DNA from: the human T2T-CHM13v2.0 reference genome, Homo sapiens
Assembly: GCF_009914755.1 (NCBI RefSeq)
Contig: NC_060935.1
DNA: 64,000 bases
Reading direction: 5' to 3' (one strand)
Position 1 is the first letter of the stretch. Each line of letters begins with the position of its first letter. A model generated the notes under the pieces. It was not told the origin of the DNA. It worked only from the letters and a program-made list of their open reading frames with translations, and ran no database searches. Position numbers and translations under genes: made by a program. Below, one piece after another: positions 17,193 to 35,410 of this stretch.

Positions 17193-17497
17193 GGCCAGGC
17201 ACAGTGGCCTGTAGTCCCAGCACTTTGGGAGGCCAAGGTGGGCAGATCACTTGATCTCAGGAGTTGAAACCAGCCTAGGCAACATGGCAAAACCCCGTCT
17301 CTACAAAAAATACAAAAATTAGCTGGGAACTGTGGCCCATGCCTGTAGTCCCAGCTACTCAAGAGGCTAAGGTGAGAGGATCCCTTGACCCTGGGAGGCA
17401 GAGGTTGTGGTGATCCAAGATCGCAACACTGCACTCTAGCCTAGGTAAAAGGGTGAGACCCTGTCTTAACAAAAAAAAACAAAAACAAACCAAAAAA
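17193..17497 (+). mobile_element. Alu (AluJ-like)
   Basis: Dimeric Alu with central tacaaaaatt and A-rich tail, diverged. Confidence 0.93.
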
Positions 17498-19155
17498 GTC
17501 TTAATTGCCAAATAAATTAATAATTTTTATTTTCCATAAATGCAACAGTTGGGAATTCCTAAGACCTAGGCATTGGTTAGCATGTTTTCTGGTTGTAAAA
17601 ATTACCAAACACTGATTCAGGAAGTCTATCAGAAGCTTAATAGACAAGTCTACAACCAATCAACAATTCTACCTGAAAAAGGCACTGTGAGTCAGGCATC
17701 TGTCAATATCTTCTTCTCTCAAAATATTTGGTTAGATAAGTTATTTTTAGTACTTTAGGACATGACCCAAGCATATTTCAATTTCTGCAACTTCAATTTG
17801 CAAATGTTATTTTCCATCTTGCTAGGACATTGTTATTTTACAGATCACCCTCACATGAGGGGACTATTATCAATTGTGAAAGCACAACAGGTGGGTCACA
17901 TCAAAGGTCACAATAGTTTTGTTCACAGGGCCAGACATAAGGTTTTCATTATCCTTAATAAAAACAGAAGCTAGTAATAAAAATATAACATTGAAATAAT
18001 ATCTCTCTTCATTCATATGCAATAACTTTACACATTTGAATGTACCATTTCCAAAATCTGCTGCTGGCAATAATAGTATGATGGTTATTTGATGTTTGTT
18101 ATAAAAATAATGGTATAAATCAAGGTCGCTTCCAAGATGGCCAAATAGGAACAGCTCCAGTCTGCAGCTCCCGGCGAGATTGACGCAGAAGATGGGTGAT
18201 TTCTGCATTTCCAACTGAAGTACCTGGTTCATCTCACTGGGACTGGTTGGACAGTGGGTGCAGCCCATGGAGGGTGAGCTGAAGAAGGGCGGGGCATCGC
18301 CTCACCTGGGAAGCACAAGGGGTCGGGGATCTCCCTTTCATAGCCAAGGGAAGCCGTGACAGACAGTACCTGGAAAAACAGTACACCCCCACACAAATAC
18401 TGTGCTTTTCGACAATCTTAGCAACCGGCAGACCAGGAGATTCCCTCCCATGTGTGGCTCGGCGGGTCCCATGCCCATGAAGCCTTGATCACTGCTAGCA
18501 CAGCAGTCTGAGATCAACCTGTAAGGCTACAGCTGGGTGGTGGGACGGCCATCCGCCATTGCTGAGGCTTGAGTAGGTAAACAAAGCAGACAGAAAGCTC
18601 AAACTGGGCGGAGCCCACCACAGATCAGCAAGGCCTACTGTCTCTATAGGCTCCACCACTGTAGGCAGGGCATAGCTGAACAAAAGGCAGCAGACAACTT
18701 CTGAAGACTTAAACATCCCTGTCTGAGAGCTCTGAAGAGAGCACTGGTTCTCCCAGCACAGCGTTTGAGCTCTGAGAACAGACTGACTGCTTCCTCAAGT
18801 GAGTCACTGACCCCCATGTAGCCTGATTGGGAGACACCTCCCAGTAGAGGCCGACAGACACCTCATACAGGCAAGTGCCCCTCTGGGACAAAGCTTCCAG
18901 AGGAAGGGTCAGGCAGCAATATTTTCCGTTCTGCAATATTTGCTGTTCTGCACCCACCGTTGGTGATACCCAGGCAAACAAGATCTGGAGTGGACCTCCG
19001 GCGAACTCCAACAGACCTATAGCAAAGGGGCCTGTTAGAAGGAAAAGTAACAAACAGAAAGGAATAGCATCAACATCAACAAAAGGACATCCAAACCAAA
19101 ACCCCATCTGTAGGTCACCAACATCAAAGACCAAAGGTAGATAAAAACCACAAAC

Positions 19156-20180
19156 ATGAGGAGAAATCAGAGCAGAAAAGCTGAAAACTCCAAAAACCAG
19201 AGCACTTCTTCTCCTCCAAAGGATTGCAGCTTCTTGTCAGCACTGGAACAAAACTGGATGGAGAATGAGTTTGAAGAGTTGACAGAAGTAGGCTTCAGAA
19301 GGTCGGTAACAACAAACTTCTCTGAGCTAAAGGAGCATGTTCTAACCCATCGCAAGGAAGCTAAAAACCTTGAAAAAAGGTTAGATGAATGGCTACATAG
19401 AATAAACAGTGTAGAGAAGACTTCAAATGACCTGATGGAGCTGAAAACCACAGCATGAGAATTGTGTGATGGATACACAAGCTTCAATAGCCGATTCAAT
19501 CAAGTGGAAGAAAGCATATCAGTGATTGCAGATCAAATTAATGAAATAAAGCAAGAACACAAGAATAGAGAAAAAACAGTAAAAAGAAATGAACAAAGCC
19601 CACAAGAAATATGGGACTGTGTGAAAGCACCAAATCTACGTTTGATTGGTGTACCTGAAAGTGATGGGGAGAATGGTACCAAGTTGGAAAACACTCTTAA
19701 GGATATTATCCAGGAGAACTTCCCCAACCTAGCAAGGCAGGCCAACATTCAAATGCAGGAAATACAGAGAACACCACAATGATACTCCTCAAGAAGAGCA
19801 ACCCCAAGACACATAATTTTCAGATTCACCAAGGTTAAAATGAAGGAAAAAATGTTAAGGGCAGCCAGAGAGAAAGGTTGGGTTACCCACAAAGGGAAGC
19901 CCATAAGACTAACAGCAGATCTCTCTGCAGAAACCGTACAAGCCAGAAGAGGGAGGGGCCAATATTCAACACTCTTAAAAAAAAGAATTTTCCACCCAGA
20001 ATTTCATATCCAGCCAAACTAAGCTTCAAAAGTGAAGGAGAAATAAAATCCTTTACAGACAAGCAAATGCTGAGAGATTTTGTCACCACCAGCCCTGCCT
20101 TACAAGAGCTCCTGAAGGAAGCACTAAACATGGAAAGGAACAACCAGTAACAACCACTGCAAAAACATTCCAAGTTGTAA
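19156..20180 (+). pseudogene. L1 ORF1p, disrupted
   Basis: MRRNQSRKAENSKNQ start; in-frame TGA at 19456-19458 and 19780-19782; frameshift near 19950. Confidence 0.92.
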
Positions 20181-20243
20181 AGACCATCGATGCTATGAAG
20201 AAACTGCATTAATTAATGGGCAAAATAACCAGCTAACATCATA

Positions 20244-24055
<3,812 letters not shown>

Positions 24056-24796
24056 ATGATGAGAACACATGGACACAGGGCAGGGAACATCACACACTGG
24101 GGCCTGTTGGGAATGGGGGGCTTGGGGAAGGGATAGCATTAGGAGAAATACCTAATGTAAATGACAAGTTGATGGGTGCAGCAAGCCAACATAGCACATG
24201 TATACCTATGTAACAAACCTGCACGTTATGCAGATGTACCCTAGAACTTAAAGTATAATAAAAAATAAATTTAAAATAATGGTATAAATCATGACTTGAC
24301 AAACAAATTTCTAAAGCAGTTGTTTGAACTATTAAGTTAAACTGCTGAGTCACACACACAAAAAAATTCCCACAACAAACTGGTCCCACAGAATTTATCT
24401 AGGTAAAAAAATTTGAGAACTGTATTCAACAGCATGAGTGAGTTTTTAATAACTTGAATTATTAATTAAACAGAAAATCAAGATGACTTCAGAACCAGTT
24501 ATGCAGCTCCATTTAAATTCTGTTGAGCTATAACAGAAATATTCAATCCTAATATAACATGAATAAAAACATTTCTTAAGCACCCCCAATGCTCTGTACC
24601 ATTAGAATTCAAAAGTTTGTTCAACAAACAGATTTTATTTTGAAAACTGTGATCAATGCAGTGGGTTGTTTTCTTTTTCAGAATCAGGGACCAGTAATTG
24701 GTAAATGATTGCTAATATTTATATTATCCATAACTGGTCTACTAACTCTACTTCTGAAAAACTATGGTACTTTATTTCCAAATCAAGAACAGTCTA

Positions 24797-24846
24797 CATA
24801 CATACACTTACACACACACACACAAACACACACACACAAATACACA
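24797..24846. repeat. Imperfect (CA)n microsatellite
   Basis: Direct inspection. Confidence 0.85.
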
Positions 24847-25254
24847 TGCTGCTATTAGAAAACTTAAAAATTAATTAAGTAGTAACATTAATTGAGCACC
24901 TACTAACAGGCCAGGCAATGTACATTATTAAGGAACTCTTTATCTTGGAACTCTTTATCTTAAATGCAAATAGGTGTGTGCCTTCATGCCAACCTTAGAA
25001 GTGAATTTAACTAAGCAAAATTAAATGAGCATGCAACTTTCTTGGAATACATTTACTGTGTAGAACAATATATACCACCATATATTTTTGTCCAAACTTT
25101 AACGGTAATATCACTTTTAGAATTTTACAATATCAATAATATGAGCTTCTATTGAAAATGTGAATGGCAATGACATAGGCCTTTTTATTTCTAAGCCAGT
25201 AAAAAAAAAAAAATCATCTTCATTTTCTTTTAGTTCTCAGTATTGAAGTCCCCA

Positions 25255-26515
25255 GTGATGACATGAAAAATTTTGTGTATCAAAGAACACTATCAAGAAA
25301 GTGAAAAGACCCACAGGCTGAAGAAAATATTTGCAAATCATATCTAAGTAGGGCCTACTACCTATAATACATAAAGAACTCTTACAACTCAATAATGAAA
25401 AGACAAGCCAATTTTTAAATGAGCAAAAGGCTGAACTAGTCATTTCCCAAAGAAAACATACAAATGGCCAGCAAGCACATGAAAAGATGCTCAAAATCAT
25501 TATTCATTAGGAAAATATGAATCAAAATCACAATTTAACACTCACTAAAATAGAAATTAGCACACTCAATACATTGCTGGTAGGAATATAAAATGTGCAC
25601 ATGCTGTGGAAAATAGTTTGGCACTTCCTCAAAAAGTTCAACAGGAAATACCATGTGACCCAGCAATTATGCTGCTATGTATCTTCCTAAAGAAAACAGT
25701 TGTTCAACCATAAACATATATACAAATATTCATGGAAGCACTATTCACAATAACTAAAGGGTAGAAGGATGTCTGTTGACAGGTGAATAGATAAGCAAAT
25801 TGAGGTAGAGCTACACAATGAAATAGTATTCGCCAATAAAAATAAAGTACTAAAACATGCTAAAAAAATGGATAAACTTAGAAAACATGCTAAGCAAAAG
25901 AAGCTAAAAACAAAGGCCACATATTGCATGATTCCATTTATATGAAATATCTAGAATAGGTAAATCCATAGAAACAGAAAAATTATTATTGCCCTGGGAT
26001 TGGGGGTGGGAGAAATGGTGAGTGACTGCTTAAAAAGTAGTTTTGGGTTTTATCTTGTTTCATTTTGTTTTCTGGAGACAGGGTCTTGCTCTGTCTCCCA
26101 GGCTAGAGCGCAGTGGCATTATCACAGCTCAGTACAGCCTCAATCTCCTGGGCTCAACAATCCTCCCACCTCATTCTCCAAAGTAGCTGAGACCACAGGC
26201 ATGAGCTACCATGCCTGGCTAATTTTTTAAAACTTTCAGAGAGAAGGCATCTCACTATGTTGACTAGGCTGGTCTCAAACTCCTGGACTCAAGGAATCCT
26301 TTCACCTCAGCCTCCCAAAGTGCTGGGATTACAGAGGTGAGCCATCACACCCAGCCAAAAAGTGGTTTTGTTTTTGGAGTGATGAAATTATTTGGAACTA
26401 GACACTGGTAGTGGTTGCACAACATTATAAATATACCAAATATCACTGAATTATGCATTTTAAATTTTCTAAAGTGGTGAGTTTATGTTACGTGAATATT
26501 ACCACAATAATTTTT
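25255..26515 (+). mobile_element. Old L1M (L1MB/MC-like) ORF2 end and 3'UTR, interrupted by an Alu
   Basis: aaaatatttgcaaatcatatct; catgaaaagatgctca; atattgcatgattccattta; ggtagtggttgcacaac. Confidence 0.8.
26045..26356 (-). mobile_element. Alu (AluJ-like)
   Basis: Antisense dimer; TSD aaaaagt(a/g)gtttt at 26032-26044 and 26357-26369. Confidence 0.93.
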
Positions 26516-26529
26516 AAACTTTTTTTTAA

Positions 26530-27135
26530 TGTACAGTCTTGCAAAGAAGCAGAAAAATATGACCCATGACACGGAGAAAAATCAATCAATAAAAACAGAC
26601 CCAGAAATTATTAAATTAGCAGGTACAATGTTAAAACAGCTATTAAAATGTACTCCATATCTTGAAAAATGCAGAGGAAAACATGAACAAAATGAGGAAT
26701 GAAAGATATAAAAGGATACAGTTAAAACTTATAGAGAGGGCCAGGCACCACGGCTCACATCTTTAATCTCAGCCTTTAGGAGGCCAAAGCAGGAGGATCA
26801 CTTGAGCTCAGGAGTTCAACACCAGCCTAGGCAAGAGAGCAAGACCCCATATCATTTTTTAAAAACTCATAGAGAGGAAGAAAATAATATCTAAAATAAA
26901 AAAAACACACTGGATTGAATTAACAGTAGAAAGCAATGACATAGCAATAGAAATGATTGAAGTTGAAGCAGTGAGAGAAAATAAGAATTAAAAAGAAATG
27001 AATAGGCCATATAGTCTAACATACATATGAGCTCTAAAAGAGAGAGGAAAGAAAGTGAAGAATACAGCCAAAGCTTTCCAAATTTGAATAAAACTATAAA
27101 CCCATGGATCCAAAAACTTTAACAAAGTAAAGTCC
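26530..27135 (+). mobile_element. Old L1M ORF1-region fragment (continues at ~29740)
   Basis: A-rich degenerate ORF1-like sequence (tttccaaatttgaataaaactataaaccc). Confidence 0.6.
26739..26861 (+). mobile_element. FLAM (Alu left monomer)
   Basis: Single monomer with TSD aaaact(t/c)atagagag at 26724-26738 and 26862-26876. Confidence 0.88.
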
Positions 27136-27159
27136 AAGCCCAAAAAAAAAAAAAAAGAA

Positions 27160-29720
27160 CCCACATCTCAATCGACACAGAAAAGGCATTTGATAAAATT
27201 CAACACCTCTTCATGATAAAAACTCTCAACAAACTAGGTATAGAAAGTATATACCTTAATGTAATAAAGTCCATATATGGCGAAGCCACAGATAACATCA
27301 TTCTGAATGGGGGAAAGCTGAAAGCCTTTCCTCTAATAACTGGAATAAGACAAGGATGCCCACTTTCACCACTCCTATTCACTATAATACTGGGAGTCCT
27401 AGCCAGAACAATTAGTCAAGAGAAAGAAATAAAAGGCACCCAAATTGGAAAAGAAGAAGTCAAACTGACCAGGCATGGTGGCTCACACCTGTAATCGTAG
27501 CTCCTTGGGAGGCCAAGCCAGGCAGATCACTTAAGCCCAGGAGTTCAAGACTACCCTGGGCAATATAATGAGATCTCATCGCTACAAAAAATTAAAAGAT
27601 TAGCCAAGTGTGATGGTGCATGCTTATGGTCCCAGCTACTCAGGAGGTTGAGTTGGGAAAATCACTTGAGCCCAGGCAGTTGAGGCTGCAGTGAGCCATG
27701 ATCATGCCATCGCACTCCAGCTTGGGTGACACAGCAGGACTTTGTCTATTTAAATAAATAAATAAATACTCTTACCTCTAATAAAGAAGTTCAATAAAGT
27801 TGCAGGATACAAAATCAACATACAAAAATCAGTAGCAATTCTATGCACCAAAAATAAACTAGCTGAGAAAGAAACCAAGAGGGCAATCCTATTTACAAAA
27901 GCAACAACAAAAAAAAATACCTAGGGAATAAATAACCAAGGAGGAGGAAAGCCTTTACCAAAAAAACTACAAAATGCTGATGAAAGAAATTGAAAAGGAC
28001 ATAAATAAATGGAAAGGCATCCCATGCTCATGTATTGGAAGAATTAATATTGTTAAAATGACCATACTACCCAAAGCAACCTGCAGATTCAATGCAACCC
28101 CTATCAAAATACCAATGTCATTTTTCACAGAAATAGAATTCAAAATATTTAACATATATTAGAAGTCAATAGTAACCAAAACAGCATAGTATTGATATAG
28201 CAACAGACACACAGACTCATGGAACAATACAGAGAACCCAGAAACAAATCCACATATTTACATAAATCCACTAATTTTCGACAAAGGTGCCAAGAACATG
28301 CACTGGGGAAAGGACACCCTCTTAAATAAATAGTGCTGGAAAAACTGGATATCCATATGCAGAAGAATAAAACTAGTCCCCTATCTCTCACCATATATAA
28401 AAGTCAACTCAAGATGAATTAAAGACTTTAATATAAGACCTGAAGCTATAAAACCGCTAGGAGAAAATACAGGGGAAGTGCTTCAGGACACGATCTAGGC
28501 AACGAATTTTATAGCTAAGACCCAAAGCACAGGCAACAAAAACAAAAGTAGACAAATGGGACTATATTAAACCAAAAAGCTTCTGAATAGCAAAGGAAAT
28601 AATCAACAGAATGAAGAGATAACCTGTGGAATGGGAGAAAATATTTGCAAACTAGTCATCTGACAAGAGACTAACATCCAAAATATACAAGGAATTCAAC
28701 TGCAAAACCAAAAAATAATAATCCCATTCAGAAGTGGGCAAAGGACATGAATAGATACTTCTCAAAAGAAGACATACAAATGGCCAACAGGTATATGATT
28801 TTTAAAAATACTCAATATCACTAATCATCAAGGAAATGCAAATCAAAACCACAATGAGATATCATCTTGCCCCAGTTAGAATGGCTATTACTAAAAAGAC
28901 AAAAAATAACAGATGATGGTGAGGATGGAAAGAAAAGAGAACTCTTATACACTCTTAGTGGGAATGTAAATTAGTACAACCACTATGGAAAACAGTATGG
29001 AGATTTCTCAACAAACTAAAAATAGAACAACCATATCATCCAGCAATCTTGCCACTGGGTATTTTTCCAAAGGAAAGGAAATCAGCATGTCAAAGGGATA
29101 TCTGCACTCCCTGTTTACTGCAGCACTATTCACAATTGTAAAGCTATGGAACCAACCTAGGTGTCCATCAATGGAAGAAAAGATAAAGAAATATATATAT
29201 ACAAACATATATAAAAGTATATGTACACACACACACACAATGGGATACTATTCAGCCATAAAAAAGAATGAAATCATGTCATTTGTTGCAACATGGATAG
29301 AACTTGAGGTCATTATGTTAAGTGAAATAGGCCAGGCACAGAAAGACAAATACTGCATGTTCTCACTCATACGTGAGAGCTAAAAGAGGTTAATCATGAG
29401 AATGTCGACAAGAGATTAGGAAGAATGTGTGATTGGGAGGGTGCAGAATGAGAAGTTGGTTAATGGGTACAAACAGAGAGACAAATAGAAGGAATAAATT
29501 CTAATGTTTGATAGCAAAGTAGAGTGATTATCATTAACAACAATGTATTGTTTATGTCAAAATAGAAGAAAGGATTGAAATGTTCCCAATACAGGGAAAT
29601 GATCAATACTTGAGATGATGGATATCCTAAACACCCTAACTTGATCATTACACATTCTATGCGTGTAACAAAATATCACATGGTACCCCATAAATACGTA
29701 CAAATATGTATCAACAGCAA
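27160..29720 (+). mobile_element. 5'-truncated L1MA-like element (RT region to 3'UTR), nested in an older L1M
   Basis: Track ORF 27213-27494 has [10 protein letters not shown]; L1MA-type 3'UTR ends ccccataaatacgtacaaatatgtatcaa. Confidence 0.88.
27467..27768 (+). mobile_element. Alu (AluJ-like) inside the L1MA
   Basis: Dimer with (TAAA)n tail; no TSD visible. Confidence 0.92.
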
Positions 29721-30459
29721 TTGTTTTTAAAAATAATTATGAAATAAAAGAAGATGCAAGGAAAATAATAATCAAATTTATGGAAAACAATCATAAAAAG
29801 AACATCTTAAAAGCAGCCGCATGGGGAAAAATTAAACAATACATATAAAGGAACAAAAATGAGAGTGACAGCAGACTCTTCATTAGAAGATATGCAAGCT
29901 CAAAGACCATAAAACAACATCTTTAAAATACTGGAGAAATTAAAACTGCCAATTTAGAATCCGTTTAGGCAAAAATATCTTTCTAATGTGAAAACAAAGA
30001 CTTTTTCGACAAATAAATGTTTAGAGAGAATTCATCAGCAGCAGCTCTACACTGCAAAATATGTTAAAGAAAGTTCTTTAGATGGAAAAAAAATACAGAA
30101 TGGCAATGTAGATTTATCAAAAGAATGAAGAGTGTTAGAAATGGTAACTATAAGGGAAACTCTAACAGAAAATGTTCTCAATTTTTAATATCTTCAAAAG
30201 ATAGTCGTGAATAATTGGAGCTCCATAGGCAAAACAAATGATCCCTGCCCCTTCCATAAAAATGAAGCCACAATGGGCCATAGACCTAAATATAGAACAT
30301 AAAACTATAAAATTTCTAGAAGAAAATGTATGAGAAAATATTTCTGGCCTTGGCTTAGGTAAAGATATCTCAAATGCATACTCTGTAAAAGACAAAAATT
30401 TAAAAATTGAACTGTATCAAAATTAAAAATTTTGGCTCTTTGAAAGACACTTAAAATGA

Positions 30460-30712
30460 ACGGGCTGGGCAGGGAGTAGGAGGATGGGAAGATGTTGGTC
30501 AAAGGATGTAAAATTTCAGTTAGTCAGGAGGAATAAGTTCAAGAGACCTATTGTACAACATAGTGACTATAGTCAATAACAATATATTATATACTTGAAA
30601 ATTGCTAAAAGACTATATTTTAAGTGTTCTCACCACGAATAAATGAAGTAAATTTATTTTGTATGTGAGGTAATTTGATTTAGCCATTCCATAACGTATA
30701 CATATTTCAAAA
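30460..30712 (+). mobile_element. L1MA7/8-like 3'UTR fragment
   Basis: gatgttggtcaaagga...ggaataagttcaagagacctattgtacaacatagtgactatag. Confidence 0.7.
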
Positions 30713-30948
30713 AAAATGAAATCACAAACCCAGTCTAGGAGAAATATTTGTATAAAATAATCACATAAAGGATTTATATCTGGAATATATAAAAAGCTCT
30801 TTCAATTTAATTAAAAATAATAATAAATTTGAAAAGACATTGCTCCAAAGAGACAGAGATGACAAATAGGCACATGAAAAAAGTTTCAAAATCATTTAGT
30901 CATTAGGGAAAAGCACATTTAAAACTTAATGAGATACAGTACTAATAG

Positions 30949-31233
<285 letters not shown>

Positions 31234-31801
31234 TAAAATTTTTTAAATGACAATACCAAGTGCTGGTAATGGTATAGCACAATAGAGCCCATGCTGATGA
31301 GAATACAAAATGGTGCAGCCATTGTGGAAACTTCTTTGGCAGTTTCTTGTAAAACACTCATTTATCATCCAACAGAGTAATCCAATGCCTAGGTTTTTAC
31401 CCAAAAGAAATGAAAACATATGTCCACACAAAGACCTGTATGCAACTCAGCAACTTTATTCACGATCACCAAAAACTAAAAAGAACCCAGAAGACCATCA
31501 ACTGGTGATAAAAAAAACAAATTGTCACACATCCATATATTGGAATCTACTCAGCAAAAGAATGATACAAAATACTGTTACCTACAACAACATGGATAAA
31601 TCTTCTTTCATTACGCAAAATGAAAGAAGCCAGACACAAAGGGCTATGTACGTACTTTATGATTCCACTTCTATGACATTGTGGAAGACATAAGCTTGTA
31701 AAGACAGAAATATGAACAGTGGTTGTCAGGGGTATGAGTGACAGGCTGACTACAAAGGGGCATGGAAAGCCTTTGGAGATGATGAAAATAATCTATATCC
31801 T

Positions 31802-32293
31802 TCTAGAATTAGAAATACCATTTGACCCAGCCATCCCATTACTGGGTAACTTGGAACCAACCCAAATGTCCATCAATGATAGACTGAATTAAGAAAATGT
31901 GGCACATATACACCATGGAATACTAGGCAGCCATAAAAAAGGATGAGTCCATGTCCTTTGCAGGGACATGGATGAAGCTGGAAACCATCATTCTGAGCAA
32001 ACTATCACAAGGACAGAAAACCAAACACCCCATGTTCTAACTCATAGGTGGGAAATGAACAATGAGAACACTTGCACACAGGGTGGGGAACATCACACAC
32101 CAGGGCCTGTCTTGGGGTTGGGGGAAGGGGAGGGATAGCATTAGGAGATATACCTAATGTAAATGACGAGTTAATGGGTGCAGCACACCAACATGGCATA
32201 TGTATACATATGTAACAAACCTGCACGTTGTGCACATGTACCCTAGAACTTAAAGTATAATAAAAAATAAAAAATAATAATAAAAAAATAAAA
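31802..32293 (+). mobile_element. 5'-truncated L1PA5-like 3' end with internal deletion
   Basis: L1PA 3'UTR and tail; TSD aatctatatc at 31790-31799 and 32294-32303. Confidence 0.92.
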
Positions 32294-32732
32294 AATCTAT
32301 ATCTTAAGTGTGGTGGTAGTTGCATGTTATATACACGTATAAAATGTCTATCACTGTGTTACTAAAAAGAGTGAATTTCATTGCTCTAAATTATACCTTA
32401 ATTAACCTTATTTTTAAAAAGATAATTAACTGCCTAAAGCAAAAACCGCAACAGTGTACTGTGGGTTTTCTGACTTATGGCAATAATAACACAAAAAGCA
32501 GTAAGGAAGAAAGTGAAGTATATTGTTGCATCTATGGTTCTTACTCTATACATTAAGTAAAATAATATTATTTAAAGGTAGACTGTGATGTTAAAGATAT
32601 TTATTGTAAACTTTAAAGCAACCATAATTAAAAAGTATAGCTATTTAAACAACAGTGGAGCTGAAACAAAAATTTTAAAATATACTCTGTAGATGAAACA
32701 AATAGGAAAAAAATAACAAGATGGTAAATTAA

Positions 32733-33174
32733 GGCCAGGCGCAGTGGCTCACACCTGTAATTCCAGCACTTTGGGCGGCTTAGGTGGGAGGATTGCTTGA
32801 GTCTAGCAGTTTGAGACCAGCCTAGGCAACATAGTAAGACCCCAACTTTACAAAAATATTAGCCAGATGTGGTAGCACACACCTATAGTCCCAGCTACTC
32901 GTGAGGCTGAAGCAGAAGGATAGCTTGAGCCTAGGAGTTTGAGACCAGCCTAGACAACATAGTGAGACACCATCTTTAAAAAAATTTAAAATAAAAAATT
33001 AGCTGGGAATGGTGGCACACACCTGTAGTTCCAGCTACTCAAGAGCTGAGGTGGGAGGATTACTTGAGCCCAAGAGGTTAAAGTTGCAGTTAGCTGTGGT
33101 CACGCCACTGTACTCAGCCCAGGCAACAGAGTGAGACCCTGTCTCATTAAAATAAATAAATAAATAATGTTTTA
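32733..33174 (+). mobile_element. Three-armed (trimeric) AluJ-like element
   Basis: Left arm, hybrid arm and right arm; degenerate TSD at 32718-32732 and 33175-33189. Confidence 0.85.
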
Positions 33175-33376
33175 AAGACGCTAAATTAAACCCAACCATA
33201 TAGATAATTACATTAAATAAAAAGAGTCTAAACACTATAAATAAAAGGCAAAGATTTTCAGATTGTCTCCAATCTACAAGTCACACATTTTAAATAGATT
33301 CACAGCATGTGACACTCCCCTATTTGGTGTAGATGCCATAATATTTATAATTATGGAGTTAAACTTCAGGCAGTAA

Positions 33377-33726
<350 letters not shown>

Positions 33727-34927
33727 TAATCAAACAAAATGTTTTATGCATGTCTTAGATTAACAATTCAAAGGGTATTCTTGACCATTTTTAACAAAAT
33801 TTATAATGTACATTTTTCTTACACATCTATAAGATACATCTTCTATTTTCCCAATTTTTCATATTTTATTGAAACCCAAATATTGTATATTGTATACAGA
33901 CACCACTATAGTAATGCCTAAAATTTTTTCCAACATTCTAAACATTAACATACACGGCCCCCAAAAAAATTAGTACTTTTTGACAAATCATAAAGTAAAA
34001 CACAGAAGTTAAGTGTTCCTTTAAAAAAACTCTCTGAATCATAAAAATCCACCAAGCTAAAATCAAAAAAGGAAAATGCATGCTGTATAGCCGACATTTT
34101 AAAAACAAAGTCCACTATGAAAACTTAAATGTGGGAAGCAAATTCTCCAGACTGAAAGTAAGATGTATGGAATTTACAAAGGTCACCCTCATTTCCCCCC
34201 TCCCAAATAATGCATGCAATCAAAATATATTTCACTCCATGGGTTAATGTAGGTTTTTTCTTTTGTTTGGAATCTATTCACACTTTAAGGGTCTATTGGT
34301 CTGGGCAAATGAATAAGGTAAGCCAAACATTTATTGCATCCAGCAACAATTAGAGCCTTCCACAAATGAAAGCAATTTTTCTAAACAGTAGTAACAAGAT
34401 ATTGCTACCCATGACACTTAATAAAGGAATATGTACTTTAAATTGCCTAATCCTGGGAGTTACAGAAGTGAGGTTCAGGTCTCACAGCATAATAGAGGTT
34501 TGGGATTTTTTGTTTTTCTTTTTTACTAAAAGACTTATATAACATTCCTAAAAGTTATCAAAGGAGATCTAAAAGGTTAGAATGAGATTATCTGTGCCAT
34601 AAACAATTATAGCCTTCCTCTAGGCTGGTACTCATAAGTAAGTTTGATTTGGTAAATATTACATAAGTCTGACACAGTTGGAGAACCAGGAAAATTAAAA
34701 TGGCATTGTATAATACCTATCTTGAAGTGAGTAACAATCTCTCATAGATATGAAATTATTTGATAAATAACATTATGGGAATATGGAAATCATTTTTGAT
34801 ATAAGTATTACATTACATAATAAAAATAATTATTGATCATTAATGTCAACTAAAGGACCGAAACATGGACTTTAAACCCAAGAATTTATCATCTAAAACA
34901 TTTTCTTTTTTTATAACTTTCCTCCTA

Positions 34928-35410
34928 GTAATGCAGGACAAGTGAGCCCCAAAACTGGGGCTTAGCAGAAGTTCTTGGCTTTGGCTAGGAAAGAACTTAA
35001 GGTTAAGTTAGTGGTGTTAGATAGCAACATTTGCTTGAACGGTACTGCTCCTTGCAGAGCAGGCTAACTCATAGGCTGTGCACCCAAAGTCAGCTAAGTA
35101 TGGGCTGTTGGCAACTGTATTTATACTCATGTATATCCACTTTCAATTATATGCAAATTAAGGGGCAGGCTGATGTGAATTGACAGGCAGGTTAATTAGA
35201 ACTTTCTAGAAAAGGGGCAGTAACTTCCAGGTCATTGCCATGGAAAGGAGTGGTGACTTCAAGGTTGTTGCCATAGCACTTATAAACTGCCATGGGGCTG
35301 GTGGAAGTGTCTTATGCTAATGAACAATGAGGGCAGCCAGGGATCACTTTTGTCACCATCTGCTGATTTTGGCCATTTTTTTTTTTTTTTACTTTATTCT
35401 GTCTGGACCC
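34928..35410 (-). mobile_element. ERV1 (MER4-group-like) LTR
   Basis: gagccccaaaactggggcttagc...ttcttggctttggctaggaaagaa; taacttccaggtcattgccatgg repeats typical of MER4-group LTRs. Confidence 0.7.

Noticed and set aside
31840-31856. L1 internal deletion as a spliced-out intron
   Set aside because: The deleted segment ends in AG but the junction retains gta, so it is not a clean GT-AG excision
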